Shown here: one piece after another, positions 12,764 through 26,079 of the stretch
Layout: every line of letters begins with the position of its first letter
How positions within the stretch are numbered: position 1 is the first letter of the stretch
Assembly: GCF_964188315.1 (NCBI RefSeq)
Contig: NC_135666.1
Span: 22,940,001-23,004,000, forward strand
Reading direction: 5' to 3'
Length of the DNA: 64,000 nt
DNA from: Podarcis muralis
Lineage: Eukaryota
Position numbers and translations under genes: made by a program
The notes under the pieces: generated by a model
Database searches by the model: none
Told to the model about the DNA's origin: nothing
The model's input: the letters and a program-made list of their open reading frames with translations, nothing else

Positions 12764-13259
12764 TGTGCAGGAACTCCCACTACGTATCTCACGGGTCTTC
12801 AGACCCCAGGGATTCTCTTTCCTTCAGAAACCACCAGGGTGATCACTTTACTCAACCGAGTTCAAAGTCTTTCCCATCCTCAGAGCCCTTCAGAGACTTG
12901 CGCATTTGTCTGGAATCCCCATTAATCCCTCTTTCGTCAGGTGTGCAAGTTCTCTCCTTGACTCAGAAACTCTGCCTTTTTTGTCCTGCCACCCACACCG
13001 TATCCTAAGTCATTGTGGCAAGGCTTGCCCACAGCCCAACTCTTTACTCTTTTCGGTTTCTGCTACTCCTTCCCTGTCCTTATCGCCTCCTTGCTTGGAA
13101 CCCCTTCTAAAGTTGATGCCCGCCCTGCCATTCTCCTCTGTCTGATTGAGCTTCTCCTCCAGCAGTGCCACCCTGCCAGTTTATTCCGGCCTGTGTGGTT
13201 TATCTCTGCAGCTGGCACACACTGTGAGTGAGGAGCTGCTGCACCAGCTGGCCCTGACA
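12764..13259 (-). mobile_element. Solo-LTR-like element (about 500 bp)
   Basis: Minus strand begins TGTCAGGG, like the elements ending at 19181 and 61262, and ends ...CTGCACA; purine-rich body; no clean TSD. Confidence 0.45.
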
Positions 13260-13782
13260 AAGGGAGCGGGGTGTAGCAGCCTTATATGATATGCCTTGTT
13301 GTGGCCAGTGAACTGCCATACACAAGACTTTGCACCAATTTCATGGGAATCAGTACTCCATTTGCAAGGGCACTGAACCAAGAGGGAGGAGAGCAGAATA
13401 GTTTGGAAACAGGATGTTCGAAAGATCAACTTTCCATGCCTTAACTTGCCTGAATTCCTCATCAGAAGCCGCACCATGCATCCTGGAGGTACAGACGGAA
13501 AGAGTGCAATACAGGACCCAACTCTGTAGAGAGGCTTCCCCCTCTTATGGCCATTAGATTAGCAGCAAAAACTTTTTCGTTCTGCCAGACATTTAAATAA
13601 GAGTTCTCTCTCCTGTTTGATAATGCTTTCATGGTTCTGTTTCAAGGTCCTCTCTTTATGCTTGTTCTGTTTATATACATTTTTGTTAAAGGACCGAAAG
13701 ATGAGGTACACATTATTTTGTAAATAAATAAAACTGCATGATGTGGACTAATTTCTTAAGTAAAACACTTAAATACCTGCAG

Positions 13783-13906
13783 CAGGGATGATGAACCTGT
13801 AGCTTTTGTCAGACTCCAACTCCCATCAGCCCCAGCCAGCATGGCCAAGAGTCAGGCATGATGAGCATTGTAATCCAACATATGGAGAGCCACAGGTCCA
13901 TCCCTG
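13783..13906. mobile_element. hAT-type palindromic MITE (older copy)
   Basis: Termini CAGGGATG...CATCCCTG; 8-bp flanks acctgcag / acctacaa (6/8 match). Confidence 0.65.
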
Positions 13907-15901
13907 ACCTACAAGGTCTTTTATGGAGTGCCAATAGCTCAGTAGTGAGCTCCAATTTCTCATCAGTTTGGGAACATCTCCAGTTCTATAAGCATCTTGG
14001 CTAACACACTCCCCCCCCCCCCATACGATGCATCCAAACACAATGAAGCAATCCAAAATTTTTGAAGAGAAGACCTAAGGTTACAATAAAGCCTTCTGTG
14101 TTTCCATCTACTCATTAAAGTGAGTCAGTAGGAATTAAAAAAGCAATGTATCCTCAAAAGACCTGTTGGGAAACCCAAGAACATCCACTTTGCATTTTTA
14201 TTAAGTGTCTAAAATGCTCTAAGTTACTGTAGGTATCCGACGGATGTATTACCATAAAGAAGATTGATTGCTCAAATTCTTTAAGGCAGTCATTCATTTG
14301 TGGTGACTTCACAAAACATGGCATGGACACTTTCACTGCCATTTTGGAATGAGTGTTCTTTGAACGTACAAGCCTTAGAAGCATGCGGCACTCAGTGTTT
14401 GAAACTCCCATTGTTCAAGGTGCATTTTGGAACAGGGAATTTCATTGACGTGAGCAGTTTCTGAGCTCTGCACCTAAGATTTCCAATTAAAACTGCAGAG
14501 TGGAAGGAAAGGAGGACCCTTTTCTGCCTCCCCACTTCCAGCTACTCTCTGAAGACTGGAGAAGAGACCCTCTTAAGAATACTATATGGGTGGGCAGGGG
14601 AAGGACTAGACCATGTGAAAAATGAATATAATATTTTAGCTGCAGTTCATTCATTTTTCAGCTTTGCATTCTTGTTATAAAAAAGTGCGCCTAGACATTC
14701 CGTTGTTGCGCCCATAACCTAGGTTTAAGGTGCCATTTAGCTCCTAGCCTTCATATCTCAAGTTTCTAACACTGCAGACACTACCATAACACTCCCTTGT
14801 GAATTAGACACCAATGTTTGCAAGACAAAGTTGGGAAGTTGAAGGAAACACCACGGCTTTTATTGCAACTTTACATTAAACCGAACAGTTACCAGCTACT
14901 AATTTTCACTCTGAGTAATCACTTGCATGGGTTCTTAAGCAAGAGAGGTTACATTTTATTCACACTCTAAATGTTGAGATAATTCGTGCTATTTAGACCT
15001 CTTCTTTGTTAAACTACCACAAAATAACCTTCTAGCACCAACAATGTTCTTTTGCCATAACAAGAATAGCCCTTCTCTGCTTTGACCTCTTATCACAGGC
15101 TATAAACAATGTTGCTTCCACAAACTAGTTTTCCTCATAATAAGCTAACTTTTCCACCGTGTAAAACTCAGAAAAATAACCACTTCAGAATGTCAGCCAA
15201 CAAACTTTTCATCCTATGTTACTCATGCCCCAAACAATACAGTCTTTCAACAGAAGAGAACCACATTAAAAGAACGGCGCATCAAAGGATTTGGTCGGTG
15301 TGCGTCTTCTTTTTTAAAGAAAGTGAACTTATATTAAGGAAAACAGATTCTCTTTTAAAACAAATGTACCTTCAAAAAAAACAACTTTAAAAATCGAAGT
15401 TGAGCAACACTTCTTTACTTCTTTGCCTGTATGATACAAGCTTTCTATTAGAAAATATCCAATTATACACTTTAAAAACTGATGCCTGGGGTTGCTCATT
15501 TTCCTCTCCCCCCCACCCCGTCCTTCTTACCTTTTGTGCCATGGCTTTTAGACTGCAAAACTTGCAACAGGATAAAACTGTTTTAAACTAAACAAATTGA
15601 AATCCAAAGCTCCAAACAGGCCACACAATCATAGCTTAACAACAAGGGACCCCTGGCAGCTTCATAGCTGGTGATCCCTGAACTAGTCCATGATTAAGAT
15701 AAATAAGAAAAAGGACAGCAAAATAACTCTGGAGAGTGGAAGAGGACTTAGTGTGTGCTCCTGAGGTTAGCTCTCAATTCACAAATGGTGTGTTTGCAAG
15801 GAACCAGCATTCTATCTTTACTGGATCAACTATGGCAACACCCCAAGTGAGTGAAAGGAATCTGGTTTGGATGTAAAACTAAGCCAAACTGCAGCTTAGT
15901 G

Positions 15902-16037
15902 CAGGCATAGGCAAACTCCGGCCCTCCAGATGTTTGGGACTACAATTCCCATCATCCCTAGCTAACAGGACCGGTGGTCAGGGGTGATGGGAATTGTAGT
16001 CCCAAACATCTGGAGGGCCAGAGTTTGCCTATGCCTG
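15902..16037. mobile_element. hAT-type palindromic MITE (young copy)
   Basis: 57-bp inverted arms with 2 mismatches (CAGGCATAGGCAAAC...GTTTGCCTATGCCTG); 8-bp TSD gcttagtg / gtttagtg. Confidence 0.9.
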
Positions 16038-17462
16038 GTTTAGTGCAAATGCACAGGCTCCACAGAAGATCATGACTGCTTTGATTATCCTTTGTTCCTG
16101 CTGCTGCAAGCCAATGCATGGCTTGGTGTGTTGTATGAACCTGGGTTTGTCTCACTACAGACAGACTATGAGCTGCAGCCAAAGTCTGATGACTTACTGC
16201 ACGTAGTCTGTCTGGAGGAGACAAACCACAAGCGAGGGTTTGGACTACGTCAAACCATAGCTTGACTCACAGAAGTGTTGTAACTGAAGGACCTAGGAAA
16301 GAAGCAAGCGAGATCTCTTCACACCAAGCCATGGTTTGGCAATGTGTTATGTGTGAACTGAGCAACTGAATGACTGATTTTTAATTTTTTTTTTTTTAAG
16401 GATTCAATTACATTAACAAAGCTACACACTGTGGGGAGAAAACATACTTTTAATGCTCCATACTCTAAAGCTGCCAGCATTTGGCAATCAAAATGTTACA
16501 TTTGCCGGATCCTCTCAGCACCACTCAATCCTACAAATTGCTGAGGGAAGAAACTGGCTCTGGTCCTGGAAAGCGATTTTGCCTTTGCTTGGGTAAGCAC
16601 CTCAAGCTGAAGCCCAAATTTATATTCATAGAACAACTGTCCTTTGAAATTAAACTATTTTAGAAAGGGCCGGAGTCACAGCAGTTAGTGCAAAACAGAA
16701 TAACTGATGACCACAGGAAAGTTGCGGGGGGGGGGGGGGAGAGCGGGGAGCGGGGAATGCTAAAGACAACTCATTTTCATTCAGAGCCTCTTTTGAAAGT
16801 CCATCACATTTGACAGAAGACACAGACCAAAGAGCAAGCAAATAGTGAATAGTAGCTTTTAGTCCAAAACACAGCATTTCTGGTTCATGCTTACCCAAAT
16901 AAATGGAAGCAATATTATTATAGATACAGATATACTGCAAGTTTCTGCAGCAACAGGTCATCACAACAAGGTCTTTTATCTATTTTAGCCACACAAAATT
17001 CAGATAAAACAGTATTCCACCTGCCTATGATAAAGAACTATTGACCTATTAGTATTTTTCCAAGTGTAAATTTAGTTATTTATAGGCAAACACAGGGCTG
17101 GGGGCTCTTTAAAATATGTATCTGGGGCTGTGTGTGCACCACTGTCTGGTAAGTGTATTCCCTTATGTGGCTGCTGTGCATATACCCCAATTATGTGAGC
17201 AGGAAGGAGAGAAGGTGAGATTCTAGGCCATTACTCCTGCTCCCTTCATCAAATACACGGCCATTAGTGGTTTGGGCAGAGGCAAGGAGGAAGAGGCTCC
17301 ATTTGCTTCCATCTTGGGGTGAAGTGTATGCTGGACTGAAACTCTGTCAGAAATACAAAGTCAAATAACCTGACATATTGCGCTTTTCAGTTTTAAGAAG
17401 GAAATCCAGACACATTGGATGGTATCCAACATTTAGATAAATTAAAACTAATGGACATGACT

Positions 17463-17829
17463 GGGACGCGGGTGGCACTGTGGGTTAAAGCCTCAGCACC
17501 TAGGACTTGCCGATTGAAAGGTCGGCGGTTCGAATCCCCGCGGCGGGGTGCGCTCCCGTCGCTCGGTCCCAGCGCCTGCCAACCTAGCAGTTCGAAAGCA
17601 CCCCCGAGTGCAAGTAGATAAATAGGGACCGCTTACTGGCGGGAAGGTAGACGGCGTTCCGTGTGCTGTGCTGGCTCGCCAGATGCAGCTTGTCACGCTG
17701 GCCACGTGACCCGGAAGTGTCTGCGGACAGCGCTGGCCCCCGGCCTCTTAAGTGAGATGGGCGCACAACCCCAGAGTCTGTCAAGACTGGCCCGTACGGG
17801 CAGGGGTACCTTTACCTTTACCTTTACCT
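17463..17829 (+). mobile_element. Sauria-type SINE, full length, CpG-rich subfamily
   Basis: GGGACGCGGGTGG head, (ACCTTT)n tail, perfect 14-bp TSD taatggacatgact (17449-17462 and 17830-17843). Confidence 0.95.
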
Positions 17830-18177
17830 TAATGGACATGACTAATTTCCAGTGGATCTGCTCTGAGTATAACTGAGTTGAATACAACCCATATACTATA
17901 TGCATAGCTACAAAACTGAGGAGGAAAACCCTTTTCGTTGCTAGCTTGAGAACACCTGCTTGCTGTTCTTTTCCCTCTTCATTTCGATTGACTGCCTGCT
18001 CCTAAAAAGCCTAAGACTTTTAAAGGATTGGGCTCCTCAGGTTCCTCCACTGCCGCTTCCAAAATTCAGAGGCTTTGAAACACCCCCTTCTGCTATCACA
18101 TAAAGCTGCACAAACCACAGTGCTAATTTGAGCATCTTTTTAGATATCCTTTTAGATAGCTCTGCCACCCTAAGAAG

Positions 18178-19181
18178 TGTCAAAGGCACTTCCCAGCCAA
18201 AGGGATGCACACACTCTTTATTGTCAAAGATAACACAGTCGCTTTTACAGCTCTGGATAGCTACACACACCAAATCTAGTGTCTAAGAAACTATTCCCAG
18301 GTCTGCCTTTTATTGAGGGGACCACTCTTCTTCCACCAGATTGGGTACCTTCCTCCAATGGGCTGCACGCACACAGCAGGAAGCAATGCCTTCATGGAAG
18401 CTCCCTCTGCTCATCCCTCTTCAATCCCCTCCTGGTCCTAGGAGACCGTGATACAGGAGAGGGTATGGAAGCAACTGGCCCTTCACTTGCCTGACCTACC
18501 TCTTCCTCTTCTTCCAACCCATCCTGTGCTCTACCCTCCAGCACTGAAACTTACTCAGCCCCTGACTCCTGACTGGTACGTTGTTGTTTTTTAGTCATTT
18601 AGTCATGTCCGACTCTCCATGACCCCATGGACCAGAGCACGCCAGGCACTCCTGTCTTCCACTGCCCCTCGCAGTTTGGTCAAACTCATGCTGGTAGCTT
18701 CGAGAACACTGTCCAACCATCTCGTCTGTCGTCCCCTTCTCCTTGTGCCCTCCATCTTTCCAAACATCAGGGTCTTTTCCAGGGAGTCTTCTCTTCTCAT
18801 GAGGTGGACAAAGTACTGGAGCCTCAGCTTCACGATCTGTCCTTCCAGTGAGCACTCAGGGCTGATTTCCTTTGGAATGGATAGGTTTGATCTTCTTGCA
18901 GTCCATGGAACTCTCAAGAGTCTCCTCCAACACCATAATTCAAAAGCATCAATTCTTCGGCGATCAGCCTTCTTTATGGTCCAGCTCTCACTTCCATACA
19001 TCACTACTGGGAAAACCATAGCTTTAACTATATAGACCTTTGTTGGCAAGGTGATGTCTCTGCTTTTTAAGATGCTGACTGGTACAGTTCCCCACAAATC
19101 ACTGCCCCCCTCTCCCGAGTCAGACTCCATCACCCCTTCCTCCGGTGTGCACACATGTCAGCATCCTGCCAGTCCCTGACA
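18178..19181 (-). mobile_element. Solo LTR (about 500 bp) interrupted by Bov-B
   Basis: Termini TGTCA...TGACA, perfect 5-bp TSD agaag (18173-18177 and 19182-19186), AATAAA on the minus strand at 18217-18222 near the 3' end. Confidence 0.85.
18580..19074 (-). mobile_element. Bov-B (RTE-clade) LINE, 5'-truncated 3' fragment
   Basis: ILKSRDITLPTKVYIVKAMVFPVVMYGSESWTIKKADRRRIDAFELWCWRRLLRVPWTARRSN is Bov-B RT C-terminus; (CAA)-type tail; TSD ctgactggtac (18569-18579 and 19075-19085). Confidence 0.96.
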
Positions 19182-19186
19182 AGAAG

Positions 19187-19325
19187 TGAGAGTAATGGCA
19201 TCCCAGGAGAGGACGTCCTCTGTGGAAGCCCCTAGATCGTGGAGCTCCCTCTCTACAGAGGAGCATCTAGCACCTTTGTTGCATAGCTATCACTGAACGC
19301 TGAAGAGGAAATTTTGTTTCATAGG
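19187..19325 (+). mobile_element. Degenerate L2 3' fragment, split by the solo LTR
   Basis: Joining ctgccaccctaagaag (18162-18177) to tgagag...aggacgtcctctgtggaagcccctagatcgtggagctccctc rebuilds a stretch resembling the L2 RAFSV.AP.LWNSLP region. Confidence 0.6.
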
Positions 19326-21308
19326 ACCCACCTCTTTTTGCTGAATTTACATAGTTCTGTTATGGCTAGAGCTAGAACTGCATTATCTGTTTTGATAATT
19401 GTACCTTATATTATTATAACTCTCCCTTAGACCTTATGGCAAAAGGCAGGTAAGAAGTATTATAAATGAAATTTGAGGGCTTCTCACAATCAAGCAGTGT
19501 ATAAATTTTATGAAATAAATAAATACATATGAATAAGCATATGCAACATTTATGTAGATCCATATCCTCTTGTCTTCTTTTCTCTCTGATGCCTGATGCT
19601 CCCTGTTATGCAATTTGTAGAGCCCTGGCTGTAGAAGGCGCTGTGGTCTTCTGGGTATTTTTTATCATTTTAATACATATTTTACGCTATCCCTCCACTC
19701 AGCCTCAGTGTACACACAAACCCTTCTTCTGCAGCCTGGAGATAAAAAATACTGACTTGCCTAACCAGACTGTTGTGAGCAATGCAACAAGACAAATATG
19801 TGCAAATAGCTCTGTGCACTCTAAGCACAATATAAATGCTAATTATTATTATTATTAGATCACCCTGGGCTTCAAAAGCATTCAGCTGCTTTGAAAATCG
19901 AAACCACAGGTAATCCATTTACTCAAAGCCACTAGATGTTAGATGCAGCAATGATTGTGATAAATGAGTCGTCAGCTGTCTTATACACAGCTGAGCAAAA
20001 TACACCTGCTTATTCCTTTTGGAATAAAGAATATTAAAAGAGGTGCCAAGCAGAAAGCTGGACACACTGCAGGCAGATGTTAGACATGAAAGTCTTAGCA
20101 TTTTCACTAAGTATTGATTGAAAAAAGCAAAGATACTTAAGAGGTCAGCCACAGCTGGCTTACGTTAGAGTTTAAGCATGGAGTATATTCTTCTCTGCTC
20201 CTGTTGATTATTATTTAGATTTCTAACCAACTTATCTCCAGCCAGAGTAGATTACAGCAGTAGTAGAAGAGGGAGCATACAGTATATGAAACAAGTATCA
20301 ACTGGGTTTGCCTTTCTTAATAATTTCTGCCACTTGCATATAGGATGGGAAATTTCAGGAAGCCGTTTTCACTGAGCTTGAAATTTAATACATTCTTGTT
20401 TTCCTACAGAAAGTAATTTTCATTTTATAACTCCAGACCCCTACATTTCTTCTGCTTTTCAATAAAATAATTTGCCCCTGCAAGTAACCCTTTGTCTTAG
20501 GTAGCTTACATCTATATCAGACTCCTATGCATGTTTATTTTAAACTTATGTAAATCCCATTATACTCAATAGGTTTACTCTCAGGTAAGTGCACACAGGA
20601 ATGCAGGTTTATTTCACGCATGTTTTTCAGATATTTTCCCACTGTATTGGCTCTCATGGCAGCTCGCAATAATAGACATTTTTTAAAAAATAAAGCAAAT
20701 TAGGGAACACACGAACAGTGAGGTCCCCAATGAGCAGCACAAATATAAATAGAAAGAAAGCAGGCAATAAAACAAGCAGATCAGCCCATTGCCACTTACA
20801 GTGAAGCAGGGAAATCAATACAAATGAATGAAACCAAGTAAAAACATCACCTGCAGAAGAACAAGCGAAATAAGAAATCTTACAGCTCCAACAGCAACTT
20901 GGAAAGAAAAGCCTTCAGGGGCTGCCAAAAACTTGACATGAGTGAATGGAGAAACACAACAGAAAACTCACAGCCCTACCAATGTAATCACACGAAATAC
21001 ATGGGATGCAGTGCAACATCCACTGGCGAACTCAGCAAGCATGGGCTTAGGCATTTCTGAAAATTTATTGGACCCAGGTCATTCAAGGCTGAGTGTGACA
21101 TAACAACAGATTGTATACAACATTAGTCATACCCAGAGTATGCACATTCATGATAATGTACAGTATTACTATTACTATTACTATTATTCCTATTTCTATT
21201 ATTATATTCCACCTTTTTCCTTAACTCAAGATGGTTTACACATAAAACAAACAACCAAAATCATGGAGAGAAAAACTCATCATTAAAAAAAAGCTAATAC
21301 AATTAAAA

Positions 21309-21331
21309 CTTTCTTTCTTTCTTTCTTTCTT

Positions 21332-21364
<33 letters not shown>
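21309..21364. repeat. Compound (TTTC)n(TC)n(TA)n microsatellite
   Basis: Directly visible. Confidence 0.95.
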
Positions 21365-21417
21365 GAGAGAGCTCTATTAAAACATACAGATCACTACAAT
21401 AAAAACTTCACTGCACC

Positions 21418-21756
21418 AAGCTTGCTGCTTGGAAGGTTGACAGTTCGAATCCACGTGACGGGGTGAGCTCCTGTTGCTCTGTTCCAGCTTCTACTAACCA
21501 AGCAGTTCGAAAGCATACCAGTGCAAGTAGATAAATAGGTACTGCTGCAGCAGAAAGGTAAACGGCGTTTCTGTGCACTCTGGCTTCTGTCACAGTGTTC
21601 TGTTGCACCAGAAGCAGTTTAGTCATGCTGGACACATGACCCAGAAAGCTGTCTGTGGACAAATGCCAGCTCCCTTGACCTGAAAGTGAGATGAGTGTCG
21701 CACCCCATCGTTGCCTTTGACTGGACTTAACCATCCAGGGGTCATTTACCTTTACC
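21418..21756 (+). mobile_element. Sauria-type SINE, diverged, 5' end degraded
   Basis: gttcgaatccacgtgacggggtgagctcc...gtgcaagtagataaataggtac...caggggtcatttacctttacc. Confidence 0.85.
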
Positions 21757-22203
21757 CTCGTATAATCTAGAAAATTAATACAAGGAAAGATTGCAATTTC
21801 CGAAACGTTCCCTTCTGTTGAGCACTTAAGTTGTAAGACTTTTCTTGACATAGACAGAAGCTGAACTCAAGAAATGCTGAACATCTCTATAAGAAACCAT
21901 CTGTCTGAAATCAAGTCTGCCAAAAATGACAGAACTGCACTAGCAACATAGCTGGGAGCATAAATACCATTTTACAAAGTAAAAGTTTTCCCCACAAAAT
22001 ATTGATTTGGGGCTTCTGCCTTCACTACTTTTAAGCATGGGTTGACAATCCACATGTAGAATAGCATTCCCAGCTATCTCTATTCCCATATCTATTCAGG
22101 CAACAAGAGCACAAGACCCAATAACATCACTTCAACATTAGGTTCACATCTTCTAAGAAGATACATGCTACCACCTGCCAACTATACACTTCTGCTTTCT
22201 ATA

Positions 22204-22444
22204 CAGTGGTACCTTGAGTTACAAACACCTCAGGTTACAAACGCTTCAGGTTACAAACTCCGCTAACCTGAAAGAGTTACCTCGAGTTGAGAACTTTGCC
22301 CCAGGATGAGAATGGAAATCATGTGCCGGCAGCACAGTGGCAGCAAGAGGCCCCATTAGCAAAAGCACGCCTCTAGTTAAGAACAGTTTCAGGTTATGAA
22401 CGGACCTCTGGAAAGAATTAAGTTCGTAACCAGAGGTACCACTG
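22204..22444. mobile_element. Tc1/mariner (Tigger/pogo-like) MITE, family A
   Basis: TIR CAGTGGTACC...GGTACCACTG with TA on both sides. Confidence 0.9.
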
Positions 22445-24307
22445 TATATGATAAAGAGGTCAGTCTCTCCACTGAGGATAAAACTCTTAGCTCTGGTTTA
22501 GGCATTAGCTGGAGTGGCACAGTTCTGGTGCCAGTCTGCTAGTCTCAAAAAGTCCAAGTGTCAGCACTTTGCCTTGCAGCAATAGCAAGATTTTTCCCCA
22601 TCCCATTTATTTAGAATAATTCTATACCACTTTTCAACCACCAAGTTGGCAAAGAGCTTTACATAGCAATATAGAATCAAAACATTTCTAGCACATCTTA
22701 ATTCTAAAATATCCCTTCTACAGTTCCATGTTTACTTTTCCTTGGGTCTGGCAGGCTTCACTGTGCAGACAGCAAGAGCAGCTCCTGAATTTCAGGACTG
22801 GTGGTGGAAACACTGGGTGAAGAGTGATGCTAAAAGCCCTTCCCCCCAGTCCTCTTGCAGGTCCCCACAGCAACCAAAAAGAAATGGTTCCTCTCCCCCA
22901 CACCCTAGAAGTGTGCTACTAAGTACAAGTCCTGGGAAACACACTTCCAAAGAGGACCAGGGTTTCTCACCTGAGCAAATGGTATCATCAGTTCCTGGTT
23001 CTCACACCTCTCAGTAGAGGAAGGCTTTGAAAGCATGGGGGAACCAACAGTGATGTAAAAAGCTGACTGCATGCATGTTGACACATGGGGCAAGGCACTG
23101 CTAGTATGACATATAATTACGTGATCTATCCTAATCACGCAGTTAAAATATTGTCATTGCTAAAATGGCACAATCAGAGAGACAACATAGAAACTGGATC
23201 TGAGTGTTAATAAAACCTGCCCTTGGCATGATGGAATGTGGAACTGGGATTAACAAGTAGTGATGACAGCTATAAAATCACATCAGGATTATGCAGGTTG
23301 CTGAATATAATATGGTCTTACTTTACCTAGAAATGAAACAGTTTGCCTGCGGAAGAAATTGTTTTCCGTGGGTGTCAGTCCCTTACATCTCAGACACCGT
23401 CCAAAAGATTTATACCACATGCATAGAAGTGTGCTCTTCAGAAGAGTTAGGCAAGCATGCTGTTTGTTGGTCCTGAAATCCCAATTACAAGCAAAGGGAT
23501 TCAAAGCTACAATAAAACAACTGATCCTGTGCTTAGAAATGGAATTGATGAGCATCTCATGCCATAAAATATAAGCAACCATTTCTTGCTTGCCCTGAGG
23601 AATGTACAGAAGGCTGGCACTGGCAGACTGTGCATGAATTTATCATTATACAAATGCCAGTAAAATACCACAATGCTCAGGAGTTCAGGACCCGTTTTTT
23701 TTTAAAATACTCCCTCCTGCCACAGGCCAGCCCACTCATTATACTCCTCATCTCAAAAAAACAAAAACAAAAAAACCCTAAAAAAATGAAGTAAATCAAA
23801 CAAAGCAATGCAATAAAAACAATGGAAGCACAAATATAAATTTGAAAAGCAGTGCAGTATATCTGGGAGAGACTTAATATTAGGTAAGAAGAGTACTTAA
23901 CACCATTAAGAAAGCCAAAGTTAACATACTGCTGAGAGGGGGTCCTGTGTGTCTGTGTTTGTTGTCTATAAGGTAAAACAAAACAGCATAGAATTTTTCA
24001 GGGTCCTCAAAGCCTTTGACAACATGTAATTTATGATGGGGGGCATTCAGCTAATGCTAAACCACATATTTTTATACCAAAGAAAATTCCACAAGTACTG
24101 TAAGGTTTTCCATTTGGGGGCAATTGAGGTTCTGGCAGCCACCAGCATCCATGTCACATCCTGTTTACAACTTCTTCTTCTTCCTCCTCCTCTCCTCCTC
24201 CTCCTCCTCCTCTCTCAGACCTCAAGATGAGAGGTCATCTTAAATGACCTTGGGAGCAAGTATGGATGCCTTGTTCTACTATAAAAACTTTATTATTTTC
24301 TTGCCCA

Positions 24308-24310
<3 letters not shown>

Positions 24311-24348
<38 letters not shown>
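24311..24348. repeat. (GT)n microsatellite
   Basis: About 19 GT units. Confidence 0.98.
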
Positions 24349-24352
<4 letters not shown>

Positions 24353-24890
24353 AACAAGCAAAGTCTGCTCTGTAAACAAGATTCACTAAATGTTGCTCAT
24401 TCTGCATACTGAAAGGTTTCAACAGGTGCTTGACCCGGTTATTCCAATAATTCTTTTGATTTGCCAAGTGTTTGAATTTTTGCTCCACTTCTGCTGTTGA
24501 GTATTTACTAGCAAGCACTCATTTTTTAGCTGTTTTTATTATTGCCCTGCTATACTGTTGCTGTTTTAGAAGATTGTACACTGTCATGGAAACCCACCAG
24601 GGCCAAAAGGTGGTGAAAACGTATCTTAACAAATAAATAAACCTCTTGCTGTGTGTTCAACCATAAAGCCACTGAAGATTTGCTACATTATGTCAAATCA
24701 TGCATACATTTTCCAAAGGCAGGTTCTTCCTCGTGTTCATTTTGCAAAGTGCAAGAAGTACCATGAAGGAAAAAATGTGGTAAGAATCTCAACAAGAATG
24801 CATTCTTACATTGCAGTATTTTAGAACAAACCTTGTCTAGCATTATCCAACTAGTTTTCTGTAACCTCAGATGAGTTTTGACAGCCACCA

Positions 24891-24948
24891 GTTTGTTTGT
24901 TTGTTTGTTTGTTTGTTTGTTTGTTTGTTTGTTTGTTTGTTTGTTTGT
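24891..24948. repeat. (GTTT)n microsatellite
   Basis: About 14 GTTT units. Confidence 0.98.
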
Positions 24949-25871
24949 TGCTTTAAAAAAAACTATTCGGTTTTTAAATAGGAATCTTGTGTTACGCCCA
25001 GTCTTACAATGGATTGATGCCAGTAAGTAAACACACACATTTAAAATTCACACACACCCTGTCTGCCAATATTTACTGGGAATATGTCAGCATGAGTATT
25101 TATACCAGTGGAACATATTTATTTCACCTAAAAAAAAAAAAATGGGCCCCCATATGCTCTACCAGATCCACGAAAAGCTATTTCCAGGAGACAGGACTGG
25201 GGGAACATACAAGTTAAAAACAACATTACTTTGCATAGCCCATCTGGAATGCCATTGCATTCCTTGACATATTTCCAGATGGGCTGGCAGCAAGCAACAG
25301 TATAAGACAAGTATATATAATCTTAAAGACAAAGAGGGAGGGAAATAATACCAAGGAATATGCTCAATAAACAGACACCCATAAATTCAGCAGTAAGAGT
25401 TCCCAACCCTCTGGTGAGCAAGGCACCCAGAATCATACCAATTCCTACCTCAGAGGTCTCATTTTCACTGCAGTTTCCAAGGATTATTTTCTGAACAGTG
25501 GAAAGCCATTCCTTCTGTTTCTTGCTGCCTCCGCATGCTGAAGAAATGAGAGAAGACCCTGTTTGTTTTCCCCAAGCCCTCTGAGCCTGCTACAGGTTGC
25601 CACGGTGTAGGAGAGGCTGACGGCAGCCATCAATTAATCTGCCTAGTAAACGAAGACAACATTCGTGGGGCCCTATCTGTGATGTTTAAAAATATATATG
25701 TTGTAAGGCAGGCACAAGAAATGTAAGTGAAATGTCCGTGCAGAACTATATATGCACATGTGCAATGCTGTTGCCTTTGTTACAGGGGCTGGGTTCAGGT
25801 GTCACTCCGAACCCCATCCCACCCCAAATGAGACTGAGCCTTGATGTGCACTCTTCTTCCTATCCCTGCTC

Positions 25872-26040
25872 TTCTTAGGATGAGCAACTGATTTGCTTGG
25901 AAAAGGTCTCCGGCTCAATCTCAGGTGTTTCCAGGCAGGGCTGGGAAAGTGTCCCGCCTGCAAGACACTGAAGAGCCACGGCCAGTCAACATAGTGAGCT
26001 AGATGAACCAATGGTATATAAGGCACCTTCCTGTATTCTT
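25872..26040 (+). mobile_element. Degenerate tRNA-derived SINE (Squam2-like)
   Basis: aaggtctccggctcaatctcaggtgtttccaggcagggctggga...gagctagatgaaccaatgg...ataaggcaccttcctgtattctt; head remnants of the same family at about 4960-5050 (-), 27190-27290 (+) and 62420-62505 (-). Confidence 0.6.
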
Positions 26041-26079
26041 ATTATTACAATTTGTTAGCCTAAGATCTCAGGGTGGATA

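Noticed and set aside
13060-13200. RVALLEEKL peptide resembling a CR1 ORF1 coiled coil
   Set aside because: Bounded by stops, has no accompanying ORF2, and lies inside the TGTCAGGG solo-LTR-like element; most likely coincidence.
15902-16037. CRISPR-like or bacterial repeat arrays
   Set aside because: No regularly spaced direct repeats with unique spacers anywhere in the window; the recurring motifs are dispersed eukaryotic TEs.
16726-16755. Potential G-quadruplex (G14 run plus two GGGG tracts)
   Set aside because: Homopolymer G/C runs are frequent in this window and prone to sequencing error; no supporting context.
18603-19154. 183-aa ORF (and 61465-62037, 190 aa) as host genes
   Set aside because: Both are read-throughs from flanking DNA into 5'-truncated Bov-B RT fragments; the second is frameshifted.
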